A stretch of DNA of 64,000 nt from Vicugna vicugna (taxonomy: Eukaryota). The stretch lies in contig MU061578.1 of the NCBI GenBank assembly GCA_013265495.1, positions 3,979,308-4,043,307 on the forward strand, read 5' to 3'. Numbering within the stretch: the first letter of the stretch is position 1; each line of letters starts with the position of its first letter. The notes below the pieces were generated by a model, which saw only the letters and a program-made list of their open reading frames with translations, was not told the DNA's origin and ran no database searches. The position numbers and the translations under genes were made by a program. Positions 21,601 through 32,500 of this stretch are shown here, one piece after another.

Positions 21601-23819
21601 ACAGAACCACCCAGGAGAGCACAGGCAATGGGACAACTTCCTGTAGTTCTCAAGTTCCTCAGGGTAGGGGAGGCAGAAACCCTCGCCTGAGTCTCCTGGC
21701 CTGAATCCCTGTGTGTTCATGAGTTCCCTGTGGTCCACCTCCCTTTTCTCCTTTCCCTACCATGTCCTTGGACAGATGCTAAGCAGTGGGAGGGCGGTGG
21801 GAGGAGCCTGACTGCTAGGAGGCTGTGCCTGCAATTCCAAGGGCTGCCACCGGAGGGCGTCGGTTCATTCGTTGTTAAAACCGATGTCCGTGCCCTGGCC
21901 TAACTGAGATGCCCCTCACCTCTGCGGCCTGTTCTCCACTCCCGCCAGCAGCCATTCCGAGGGTTTATTCCAAGTCTGAGGCTCTTCTGGCCCTAAGGAA
22001 GAAAAGCTGCTCCCCTGCTTGCCAGACCCTTTCCAGCCTAAAGCCCCCAGGGTGAACTCACTGGCCCCACCAAGACCCCAATAGGCAGGGTGTCTTGTGC
22101 CGTAACTCCTGTAGTGACACGTGAGTGCCCCTTGCCGCCCCCTCACTGACCCTGGAGCTCAAAACCACTGTTAGGGGCCTGGGGCAGGGGGCCAGGGTAA
22201 AGCCTTCAGTGCAAGGTCTCGGGCTCCCAGCCCTCTCCTGGCTGTGGAATCACACAAGGATGAGGTTATGCCTTCAAACTTTGGAGGTGAAAGCTGGGTC
22301 CCTGAAGGAAAAATCCCCTCCCCAGGACACTAAAGGGTTCTGGGAGGATAGTGGCCATTTCCCATCCCCTGTGGACTAGAGGAGCTGCAGCTTGCTCAGT
22401 GCTGAGACCCACCTGCTGAAGGGTGGGCTCTGCTGCTATCTCCAGCCTACAAATAAGGAAAACTGAGGCTCAAGGCAGTGGAGGAATGTGGCAAGGCAGG
22501 GGTCTGACCCAGGCGGCCTGACTTCAGTCTCAGAACAGGTCAGGAAAGAATAAAGTGGTTGGCATGAACAGGACAATTGCTCCCTCCTCACGAAGTGTTT
22601 GTGGAGGGAAGGACCCTGGGAACTGTTCTTTCCTGGGGAAACTGAGGCCCAGGGCTGGGCTTGGGGCCCAGCCTGTTGCTGTGTGGTGCTGGACAAGCCT
22701 TTCCCCCTCTCTGGGCCTCAGTTTCCCTACCTGCCAAAGAGGGTGGTGAGGTCTCCAGGGGCCCTCTGCTCCAACAGGCTCCAATGTTAGTCTTGGGGCT
22801 GGTGCATCTACATGATGCCACTGGCCCCCAGCCCCCTTGGCTCCCTCAGGGCATGGGAGGGGGTGCAAGCAGGGGCCCCCTCGCCTGGCAGCTGCCCCTC
22901 CTAACTTCCTGTTTACAGCAGCTGCAGAGTCTCATCTCTTCACCCCAAAGCCATTATGATCACCATGGCAACCAGGCCGTGTTTGTTCCAACAGGTTGGC
23001 AGAACCTGACGCAAGACTGCAGGGGTGGAGGGCATCAGCTCCAAGATGGCTCAGGACCCGCCAGCTCCCCAGGGAAGGACATAAGCTGCCCCCACCCCAA
23101 TTCCCATCCTCTATAGAAGGAAGCCAAAGGGTGGCTGGTAGTATAGGGTCCAGGCCTCTCCCCTGCTTACCTGACTCATCTGTCCTAAGCAGTTGATGTA
23201 TTTCCTGAGCAGCCCCTCCCCCATTTGCCTGGCTGTGCTGGGTCAGGATGGAAGCAGAGCCTGGGGCCAGAGCTTCCAGAAGAACCCATCCTGCAGTGCT
23301 GTCCCTGGACCCTGCAGTGCTGTCTTCCCCAACACTGGTGGTTCTGTGTATCATCCTGCTTAGACAGGCACCAGTGGCATGGATGTGAGTCTGGATCTAG
23401 AAACTGAGACAGGTGGTAACCCCATCAGAGCAGTGTCCACCCCATTCTGGGGTAAGGGGGGAGCACCACCTGGTCCTTTATGTACGGGGGAATGAAGAAG
23501 GCACAGATGTTCATGGTGGGCTGCCTCCCTGCATGCAGCTCCGTTCTGGAACCATGATCCTCCAGACTTTGGCCCCCACCCCAGCTCAGCTGACCCCTGA
23601 CCTCCCCAGAGCCAACTGTCCTTGCCCCGGGCCTGAGCTGAAGTGAGTTCCAGGCCTGTCTGCTCCCCCTACTCCTGGCCTGGAGTCCTTCCTTAAAGAC
23701 GACCTCCAGACTTCTCCAGATCATAGTCTGATCCCCCAAGTACAAGGTGCTCTGAGGGTCCAGCAGCACCGGCCAAAGGCAGGACAGGATTCTAAGGACC
23801 CTGTGCGTCTCAGACGAGT

Positions 23820-23990
23820 TCAGAACCTCTGAGCAGCCCTCAGGGTTCTCCAAGTGTGGTCACAGGAGCCCCAGATGGTGGGGCCCCAGCCCAGACTTTT
23901 GGAATTAGCAGGTCTGGGGCAAGCCCGGCCATCTGTTTTTACAAGCTGTCCAGGTGGTGGAGATACAGAGGAGGGGAGCAGAGAGTAGGC
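23820..23990. mobile_element. MER5-like relic
   Basis: cagggttctccaagtgtggtc...atctgtttttacaagctgtccaggtgg matches the MER5A pattern from memory. Confidence 0.5.
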
Positions 23991-24079
23991 TAGGAAGAGC
24001 ACTGGAGGGGATCCAGCCCAGGTTGGTGTTCCAGCAGGCTGGGTGACCCAGCACGTGGCCCAGCCTGGGATTGTTGTGG

Positions 24080-25300
24080 GCGTTCGATGATACCATCGCC
24101 CCGAGTGCGGACTGTCCCCTGTTGAGAAAAGGAGCGGTTAGGAGGACCGCGGTGGCCGACTTCCCAAACCCAGGCCCAGTTCAGGTTGGTGTTGGGGACA
24201 GCGCTGAGCTGGGAGGGCGACTTTGGAGCTGACTGCGCAGTCCTTCCAGAAAAGTCTGCGCTGCGGATGCAGACATTTCTTACTTGGTTTCCTAGACTCT
24301 GGCTCTCCTGGGGCCCCTGGGAGGGGGGCCTGGCGCAGAGCAGAGCCTGCTGCCCACCTTGCATCCACTTGTGGGTAGACTGACAGCCCCGAGCCCCGTC
24401 CCTTGGGGGAGGGGCTGCCCGGCGGGCACCTGGGGCTCAGGGATCCTTGCCCCGCGCCGCTAGCGGCCGGAGCACAGCGGGGTGGGCGTGCAGTACTGGG
24501 GACGCGAGGGGCGGGGCGAGAGCGGTGGGGCGGGGCGAGCAGGCCTGGTCCCACCCCCGGCCCCTGCCGCTGCCGCCCTGGGCACCGCGACGCTCAGTTG
24601 TCCGCGCGCGGCTGAAGTGCTCGCGCAGCCTGGGCGTCCCCAGAGTCGGTGCGGAGCTCGGAGCCCACAGGAGCCCCGTCCCCGCGTCCCCACCGCCCGG
24701 CCCACGGTGAGTGCCGCGGGCTTCCGCCCAGCCGTCGAAACTCGATCCGGCGCCCCCTGGACGGACTGGGGCGCTGCTTGTCCGGCTCCCGCGCCACGCT
24801 CGCCGCCACCTCCGGGGCGCGAGGAGGTCGCAAAGATACGTCGTCGGCCCCGGGGAGACAGAGGCCGGCGTGCGCTTGGAAGAGCGGGCCTCGGGCTTTT
24901 TGCTCTTGTGCCCCTCGGTGCGCAGAAGCTGGACTGGGCGGGGGCGGGGTGCGCACTCAGGAGGGGCTGGGAGGCCATACCTCCCTACCGTGGGGATCGC
25001 GAGACGCCAGGACAACCGTCCCCTGCTGGCCCCGGGGATGCTCAGGGTGACCAGCCCCCTACTCCGACCCGGGACCCCATCCCAGGGGGAGGCTGCAGGT
25101 GGGGGCGGGGCCGAGGACCCCAGAGACGCTCAGCGGGGTTTCCCAGCCAACCCTCCAGGGAGGAAGACGACCCCCGCGCCCCGCCCCTCCTGACTCCCGC
25201 TGGCCCTGGCAGGACTTCTTGTCTCCCCCAAATCCCTCCAGGGGTCTGGGGGCGGTCAAAAAATTGACACCAAGGTTCCAAACTGCCCCCCGACCGACCG
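24080..25300. promoter_or_regulatory. BAIAP3: CpG island / BAIAP3 promoter with non-coding exon 1 (~24594-24706)
   Basis: CpG-dense; GC boxes ggggcgggg at ~24508 and ~24527; Inr-like TCAGTT 24594-24599; strong donor CACG|GTGAGT at 24706/24707. Confidence 0.75.
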
Positions 25301-28300
25301 CCCACCAATGAGGGAAACAACCTGAGAGAACTACCCACCTCCAAGTTCCTGCGAGAGGCTTCGGGAAGTGGAGGGACTGGAGGGAAGGGCGAGAGGGGGT
25401 ATAAACGAGAGAAGTGGGAGGGAGGAACGCCGAGGTGGACAGGTAAGTAAAGACAGGGAAGAGGGGGCTGAGCTGGCTGGATGAGAGGGGCCCTTGGAGG
25501 AAGAACGAAGGGGGAGCATTTCATTTTAAATGCGTTCATTCTAGAAGCATCTAGCTAGCCTTTTACAGCTGGCCTCAGGCTTCAGAGCTGTAGGTCCACC
25601 TACAGAGCTGGTTTAAAAATGCAGAATCCTAGGCCCCTCCCCAGGGATCAGGTCGGGAGGAGACCCCAGGGAGCAGTATGTGTAGTGGGCAGTCCAGGTG
25701 ACCTGCATCGGGGCGCTGTGTGCAGGGGAGCACTGTGTGGAGAGTCAGTAAGGCCTCGGAGAGATGGGAGTCAGAAATCCTATAGGAAGAGTGAAGGGGG
25801 CCAGGTGGGGACTGAACCAGGAAGGGAAGACCAAGAGCGCAGCAGGGAGGGCCAGCTGGTGAGGCCAGACATCCTGCCACCCCCCCACCACCACACACAC
25901 ACACCCAGGGTAACATCGGTGGACCCCCTACCCCTAAGTCCCCGGGGACCGATTTCAGAGCTCTGAAAGTGGCCCTGGCTGGCCACTGGGGCCTCTGATG
26001 AGGGAGACAGAGCTGTCTCTCCACTTCACTCAGCTGCCAGGGACTCACCTGCCTCAGTGCCACCCCAGCCCCCAAGTGGGCTAGCAGGAGACAGCTTGGC
26101 TTTGAGCCCTGGGCTCCAGACCAGTCACCCCAGCCCCAGGCTGTAAAATGGGACAGTGACATCAATCCACTTAGCAGAATTACCATTTCCCATTCAACCC
26201 CACGATGGGCCTGTCACTTTGGCTAGGCCCTGGTGCCTGTGTGGCAGTCAGCTCCTTGGTAGGCCTCACTTTGTTCATTGGGCATAGGGGACCTGGTGGC
26301 CACACATAAGCAAGGATGCAGTCATGTCCTATTCTGAGCTGCTACCCAGATCCAGGAGGGATGGAGACAGGAAGAGTGCAGGAAGGAGTCTCATGGGGCC
26401 CATTAGACAGATGAGGTGGGTGGTGTCCCCTTCAGCCTGATACCCAGCTCACTCTGCCCCGTGTAGGCTGAGAGCCCCTTCCTGGCGGTAGACCACACAC
26501 CTATGGTTGATTACAGCTCTGGGCATGATGCTTGCTGGCTCCCAGGACCCAGGCTGTTGGGTGCAATGAGGTCATTACTGCTCAGGCAGTGTAGGGTTTC
26601 CAGGAGAACAGAGGGTTACCTGGACACATGCACCCAGATGCCACTCTTGCCCCCATCCTGGCAACGGGCTAAGGGAGGGAGCAGGGAGGGGCTGCTCAGC
26701 AGAGGGAGAGGCCAGACCACCTGGATTCAGGGACTCCAGACATGCCCAGAGCTTAGCGCTTGGACACCAGAGCCAGGGAAACCCTGGCTCCATCCCGGGT
26801 CGCCTGCTGGCTCTGTGGCCTTGGGCAGGTTCCTCACCCTAGGGTCTCAGTTTTCTTGTCTAGGTGAGGGGCGCAGACAGAGCTGCACCCCCTCTCCAGG
26901 GCTGGTCTGAGGATTATCAGGGGATATGGCTCTCCTCGCCTGGATCATTGTGTTCTCATGGAGACAGCCCCCCACCCTGCAGCTCAGGCCACTTGGCTCC
27001 TGCGTCATCTTTGTCTCTGGGACCGTGTGCCCCAGGAGCCCCTGTCAGACGCAAACGCAGCTGGCGGTTGCCCTGGCAACAGCTCAAGCAGCGGCTGCTC
27101 CCTAGCTTTTGGGGGCAGTGCGGGGGCAGCCTCTTCCTCTCATGATGCCTGGCCCCCTGGGGACCTCATGGCTGGCTATAAGGCAACAGCTCAGGAAGGC
27201 ATAGGCCCAAGCTACTGAGCCCCCATCTTTTGGGGAGGCTCTTAGGGATAAGCACTGGCAGGTGTGAGGGGAAACCCTGAAGCACTGTCCCCGTAAGGGC
27301 CGAGCCACCTGCCCTCCCTGTTCCCAGCTCTTGGGTCTGGCCAGATGAGGCCCTCTGAGCCCAGTGTCCTCCGAGCTCCACAGGTCTGGGGTTGGAGGAA
27401 CAGGGAGCAGGATGAGATGTTGCCTGTGCCTGGTGACCAGGGACAGCCATTCTGGATGTAGACTGAGATGCAGACCTGATTTGCTCAAGAAGTCTATTTA
27501 GGACCCCTGAGGTGCCAGGGGTGCCAGGGCCCCAGCTCTCCCAGCGGAGAGTAAGATTCTAAGGAAGAGACAAAGACAAGTCAAATGGAGACTTGCACGA
27601 ACACAGGCGGGTTTCTTGAGCAGCGGGCAAGCTGACCTGGGCACACAGGGCAGGGGCAGGTCTGACTTGGCTTTCCCACTTCTAAGTGCCTGTGAGATCG
27701 GGGCGAGTACAGCTGGATCTGGCTGGGTCCCCATTTCCTCTTTTGTCAAATGGAAATGACAGTGCCTCCTGCTCCGGCTGACACAGACGAGTGAGCATCC
27801 ACAAGGAGAGGGCCCAGACGCAAGTGGGAAGGCCCCAGGTGGGCAGAGGGGAGCACTGTGTGTCCTGCACACAGAGGTCAGCAAGCCTAGTGCAGGGAGC
27901 CTGAGGGGTGTCACCCAGCGGCCAAGGTATCCTGGCCAGGGGGGAGGGTCTTCACTTTGCCCTGATGATTTTCAATGGGGGGACAAGGAGACTACTCTGG
28001 GGATCCAAGGAGCAGTGCCCAGGGCAGGTTGTTGCCTGACTCAGGGGAGAGGTGGGTACCTGGGCTGGGTGGTGCAATGGAAGAGGTGGCTCAAGGGCCC
28101 TTGGTGGCTTAGCTGTCATCCTGCCCTCCCTGCCATGGTCTGCAGGAGACAGTGAGCCCCCAGGGGAGGTATGCAGGTGTGACAGTGTGCTGGGCCAGGG
28201 AAGACTGGAGACAGCTGTGAGAGACCCTCAGTCCTCAGAGGCATCCCAGGGCCCTGCCACCTGGACAGGAAGGTCTTCCCCATTGCTCAGAGGTGCCCAC

Positions 28301-29508
28301 TTCTGGGGTCATGGGCTGCAGCCCCTCCCAGGGCTACAGTCTTGCTCAGTCTGAGCCCTGCCCCCACACATACAGGTACACAGAGCAGAATGACCAGGAC
28401 TTAGCTGGCTTCAGGGGATGCAGGGGCAGGGGGCTGCCAAGCCCAGACCTATTCCTCCCTCAGTGGAGGACTCCTCTCTGTTCCAGAGCATCTGGGCTAC
28501 CCAAGCAGGATGCTGCATGGTGGCTTGGTTGCCATGGCAATGCGGGCACTTAAACTAGGCAAGAGAAGAATCAGGGACTGTGGCTCCATGCCCCACACTT
28601 CCCAGAAGGGGGAGCAGGCTGTGCTCCAGCAGGTAGTCCACGGGGTGAGGATGGGGCATTGAGGACCCCCCAGTGGCCCCTCCTGTTCATCCTGGCCACA
28701 TGGGGTAAAGGCCCAGTTGCAGGGAAGGCCCTGGACTTGGGGGCCACAGCTCCAGGGGCCGTGCCACTGGGTTTCTCTGCAGGATGGGGACTCCAGGCAT
28801 CCTGGGGAGAGTTTAGCCCCCTGTAGGGCCTTTGTCTGCCCTGGCCCCAAAGTGGGCCATGGGGTCTGCATGAGTTGGGCTTCACTCCCCCACATCTCTG
28901 TCCCCCCCAGCAAAGCTCCCATGAGAACAGGCACACCCTGTCATGTTGTCCTCAGACCCCAAGGGAACAGCTAGGGAGTCCCAGCCCTGCATGGGTAGGG
29001 GTGGCAGAACTCGCCCCACCTTCTCAGTGAAATTCAGGAGCTCCCAGTGATGGAGCACAGACTCCTCCGCTGGGCACTGCCATCACCTCTCAACAGCCTC
29101 ATTGCATGCCCAAAGCCACCTTGGAGGCATCTCTTGTTTTGCAGATGGGGACACAAAGCCTTAGAGAGACCGAGAGACTTGCCTCAGATCACCTGGGCCC
29201 CTGGGTGCTCAGCACAGTCCTGGGCCTCTGCTCTCCTTACCCCTGCCTTGGGTGGCCTTGATGGTATCAGATGCCCTCCATCAGCCACCACTCCCCTAAA
29301 AGTGCCACCTGCCCCCATGGTGCTCTAATCAGGAGTCTGTTCCCAACTGCCAGGAACGGAGCTTCTGCTGAGTTTTGGCTAATTCAGCAACTGCTCAATG
29401 TGGCATCTGATGTGATTCTGGGGGACGGTAAGGCAATGCCAGTGAGCAAACCAACATATGGGCAGACTGGAGGCCATGACTATGCTCTCTGCCCGCAGGC
29501 TGCCCACT

Positions 29509-32500
29509 ATGTCCACTTTGCTGGAGATCAAGAGCAGCGTGCTCAGGCAGGTGCAGGTGTGCCCTTCCTTCCGCCGGAGGACTGAGGAGGAGCCGGGGAG
29601 CACCAGTGTCGAAGCACAGGAGCCCGCCGCCACCGGGGCCTGGTGGGTGCCCCACGGCCCTCTCCCACATGGTCACAGCCATCTGGCCTCCCTTCCTTCA
29701 ATGGACCTCACACACCAGCTGCCCAGCATGGCCCCTTAGGGGAGCCCAGGAGGGTGTGAACCCAAGGCCATGGGAGGCACTGGGTTCATCACCCTGGGCC
29801 CCTAGACAGGCAAGGACCCGGTGAATCTCCCTGGGTCATAGGGGCCAGCATGTGCTGTGAGCTGAAGCTAACTCCCAGCCTGGCCCTTCTTGGCAGGAAA
29901 CCCGGAGATGGTGTGGAGTTCTTCGCCCAGATGCGCCTCATCCTCAAGAAGGGGGAAGGCAGACAGGGCCTGCCATGCCCCGAGGTGAGGACAGATGAAG
30001 GCACTGCTGCCCAGCATGGGGGCGCCCTATCTGGCCTCCACCCTTGACTCCCCCCTTCCCTCAAGCGCTCCCCCACCAGCTGGCCCTAGGAGCCTGGGGG
30101 CTGATTACAGCCAGGATCCCCACCCACCGAGGCCCTTACCCTGCGCCCCCTCACAGGTCCTCTTGCGCAGCAGCTCACCAGCCCCCACAGAGCCCGTGGA
30201 CCCCAGCCGTGGTCTGAGAGCCCTGACCCAAGAGGAGGTAAGGGGGACAGGGGTCTGGCCCCAGGGAGGGGCTGTAAGCACCTCTGCATGCCAGCCCAGA
30301 GTCTGGGGACAGGTGGACACAAAGGTGGGAGGGGTGGGCGGGCCAGACCTCCCCTTGATAGCAAGCAGAGGTCAGGGGTGAGGAGGGGCCCCCAGGGGAG
30401 GGCCTGGCAGGTGTAAAGGCACAGAGACAGGGACTGGGACCTCCTCCAGTAGGTGGAGCTGCTGAGGGCTGGAGGCTAGGCACACAGGGTGGACCCGAGG
30501 AGCCTGAGATCCCCTGTGGCCAGGACTCAGGTCCTGGGGCTGAGAGGATACAGGGACTGGGTGGCTAGGCCTCAGGACGTGCTTCCCACCCCAACTGCAG
30601 GTGGAGATGCTCTACGAGGAAGCCTTGTACACGGTCCTTTACCGCGCAGGGACCATGGGCCCTGACCAGGTGTACGACCAGGAGGCCCTACTGGGCTACC
30701 TTCAGCAGGTGAACCCTGTTAGCCCCGCCCACCCTGCTGACCTGGCCCCACCCATCTCTGGGGAGGATTGGGACCCTCTTCCCCACCTGCCGATGTCATC
30801 ATCATTTGAACAACACACACCAATTTTCCCCACATACACAACATACACACACGTGCAGGGAGGCACACACAGGCTGACAGCTGTGCTCCGAAGGACAGAG
30901 TGATAGACACACAGACACATTCAAGCAGGAAAACACAAAAACGGACAGATGGACTCAGAGACAGATACAAACACCACCAGAAAAGACTGGAAGACAGATG
31001 TAGGACAAAGAAGGATGGACTGACACACTCAGAAAAAGGTAGAAAAGACAAACCAACTTGTGGATAGATACACCATTCTTCCTCACCTGTGTGTGCTCCC
31101 CCAACCACGTGAGGCCCCCAGGACCATGGTCAGCCTGGCTTTGTGGGTACCTGGGCTCTCACACCTGCCCCTCCTCCACAGGTGTTTGGCACCAGCCCCG
31201 AGGAGCATGCAGAGGCCATGGAGCGTGTGAAGAAGGCCAAGGTGAGGCTGCCACCTGCCTGGGCAGATGCCAGCCAGTGAGGTCGTCGTGTGTAGGGACT
31301 TGGGGGTGAAGGGGAATGGAACCTGGCTGTGTCTGGTCCACACTGAGCTCTGAGAGACCCTCAGCATCCCCTCACCTGCAGGCCCCTACATATGCCCTGA
31401 AAGTCTCCGTCATGCGTGCCAAGAACCTGCTGGCCAAAGACCCCAACGGTGAGTGGGGGCTGGCTGGGACCTTGGCCGGGCCCAGGGCTGAAGGTCATGG
31501 GGTAGAGGGGGCACCTGGGGTCAGGGGACAGGGGCTTAGGCACCCACCCTGTCCCAGGCTTCAGTGACCCGTACTGCATGCTGGGCATCCTGCCGGCCTC
31601 GGGTGCACCGCGGGAGCCAGGCCCACAAAAGGAGCAGCGCTTCAGCTTCCGCAAAGGCAGCAAGCGTGGTGGCCCACTGCCGGCCAAGTGCATCCAGGTC
31701 ACTGAGGTCAAGAGCAGCACCCTGAACCCCGTGTGGAACGAGCACTTCCTCTTGTAAGGCCCCTTGCCTATCTGGGTGGCAGGGTGGTCAGGCGGGATCT
31801 GCCGCAGTGCAAAGCTGGGCCAGGGGATGCAGGCAGCTGTGACTGCTGAGGGCACCGAGGCTGGTGGTCCTATGCCCACTTTCCAGAAGAGGAAACTGAG
31901 GCTCAGAAACTCTTCCTGCCCCAGCCCTGGGTACAAGATCACCCCAGACCCTCATGAGCATTTCTCTCTTCTCCTTATAGTGAGATCGAGGATGTCAGCA
32001 CAGACCAGCTGCACCTGGACATCTGGTATAGGCCCCTGTGTCCTGCAGGGCAGGGGATGTGGGCACCTCTGGTCAGGAGGCAGTGGGAGGGGGCAGTCAA
32101 AGCCAGGCTAGGCTTCAGACAAGCAGGTCCCCTGACTTGCCCTGCCTCCAGGGATCATGATGATGACGTGTCCCTGGTAGAAGCCTGCAGGAAGTTGAAT
32201 GAAGTCATCGGTCTGAAGGGCATGGGCAGGTATGGCCGGTGGGACACTTGTGCCCCCAGACTCTGCTCATAGCTGGGCCTTGGGATCAGTGGGTGGTGTG
32301 ACACCCACCCTGCTGTGTGTAGGTATTTCAAACAGATTGTCAAGTCTGCCCGTGCAAATGGGACAGCAGGGCCCACGGAGGACCACACTGATGACTTCCT
32401 GGGGTGTCTCAACATCCCCATCCGAGTGAGTGGGTGTGGATGCCCCACCTTCCTGGGATACTGCTGGTGATTCTGCCCTGGGATCCCCCAAGAGTTTCCC

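Noticed and set aside
20100..24000. Processed pseudogene or small RNA gene between UBE2I and BAIAP3
   Set aside because: No recognisable coding remnant, poly(A)/TSD, snoRNA boxes or hairpin that I could support.
24437..25267. Overlapping 130-260-aa ORFs on both strands
   Set aside because: CpG-island artefacts at the BAIAP3 promoter; no domain or codon signal.
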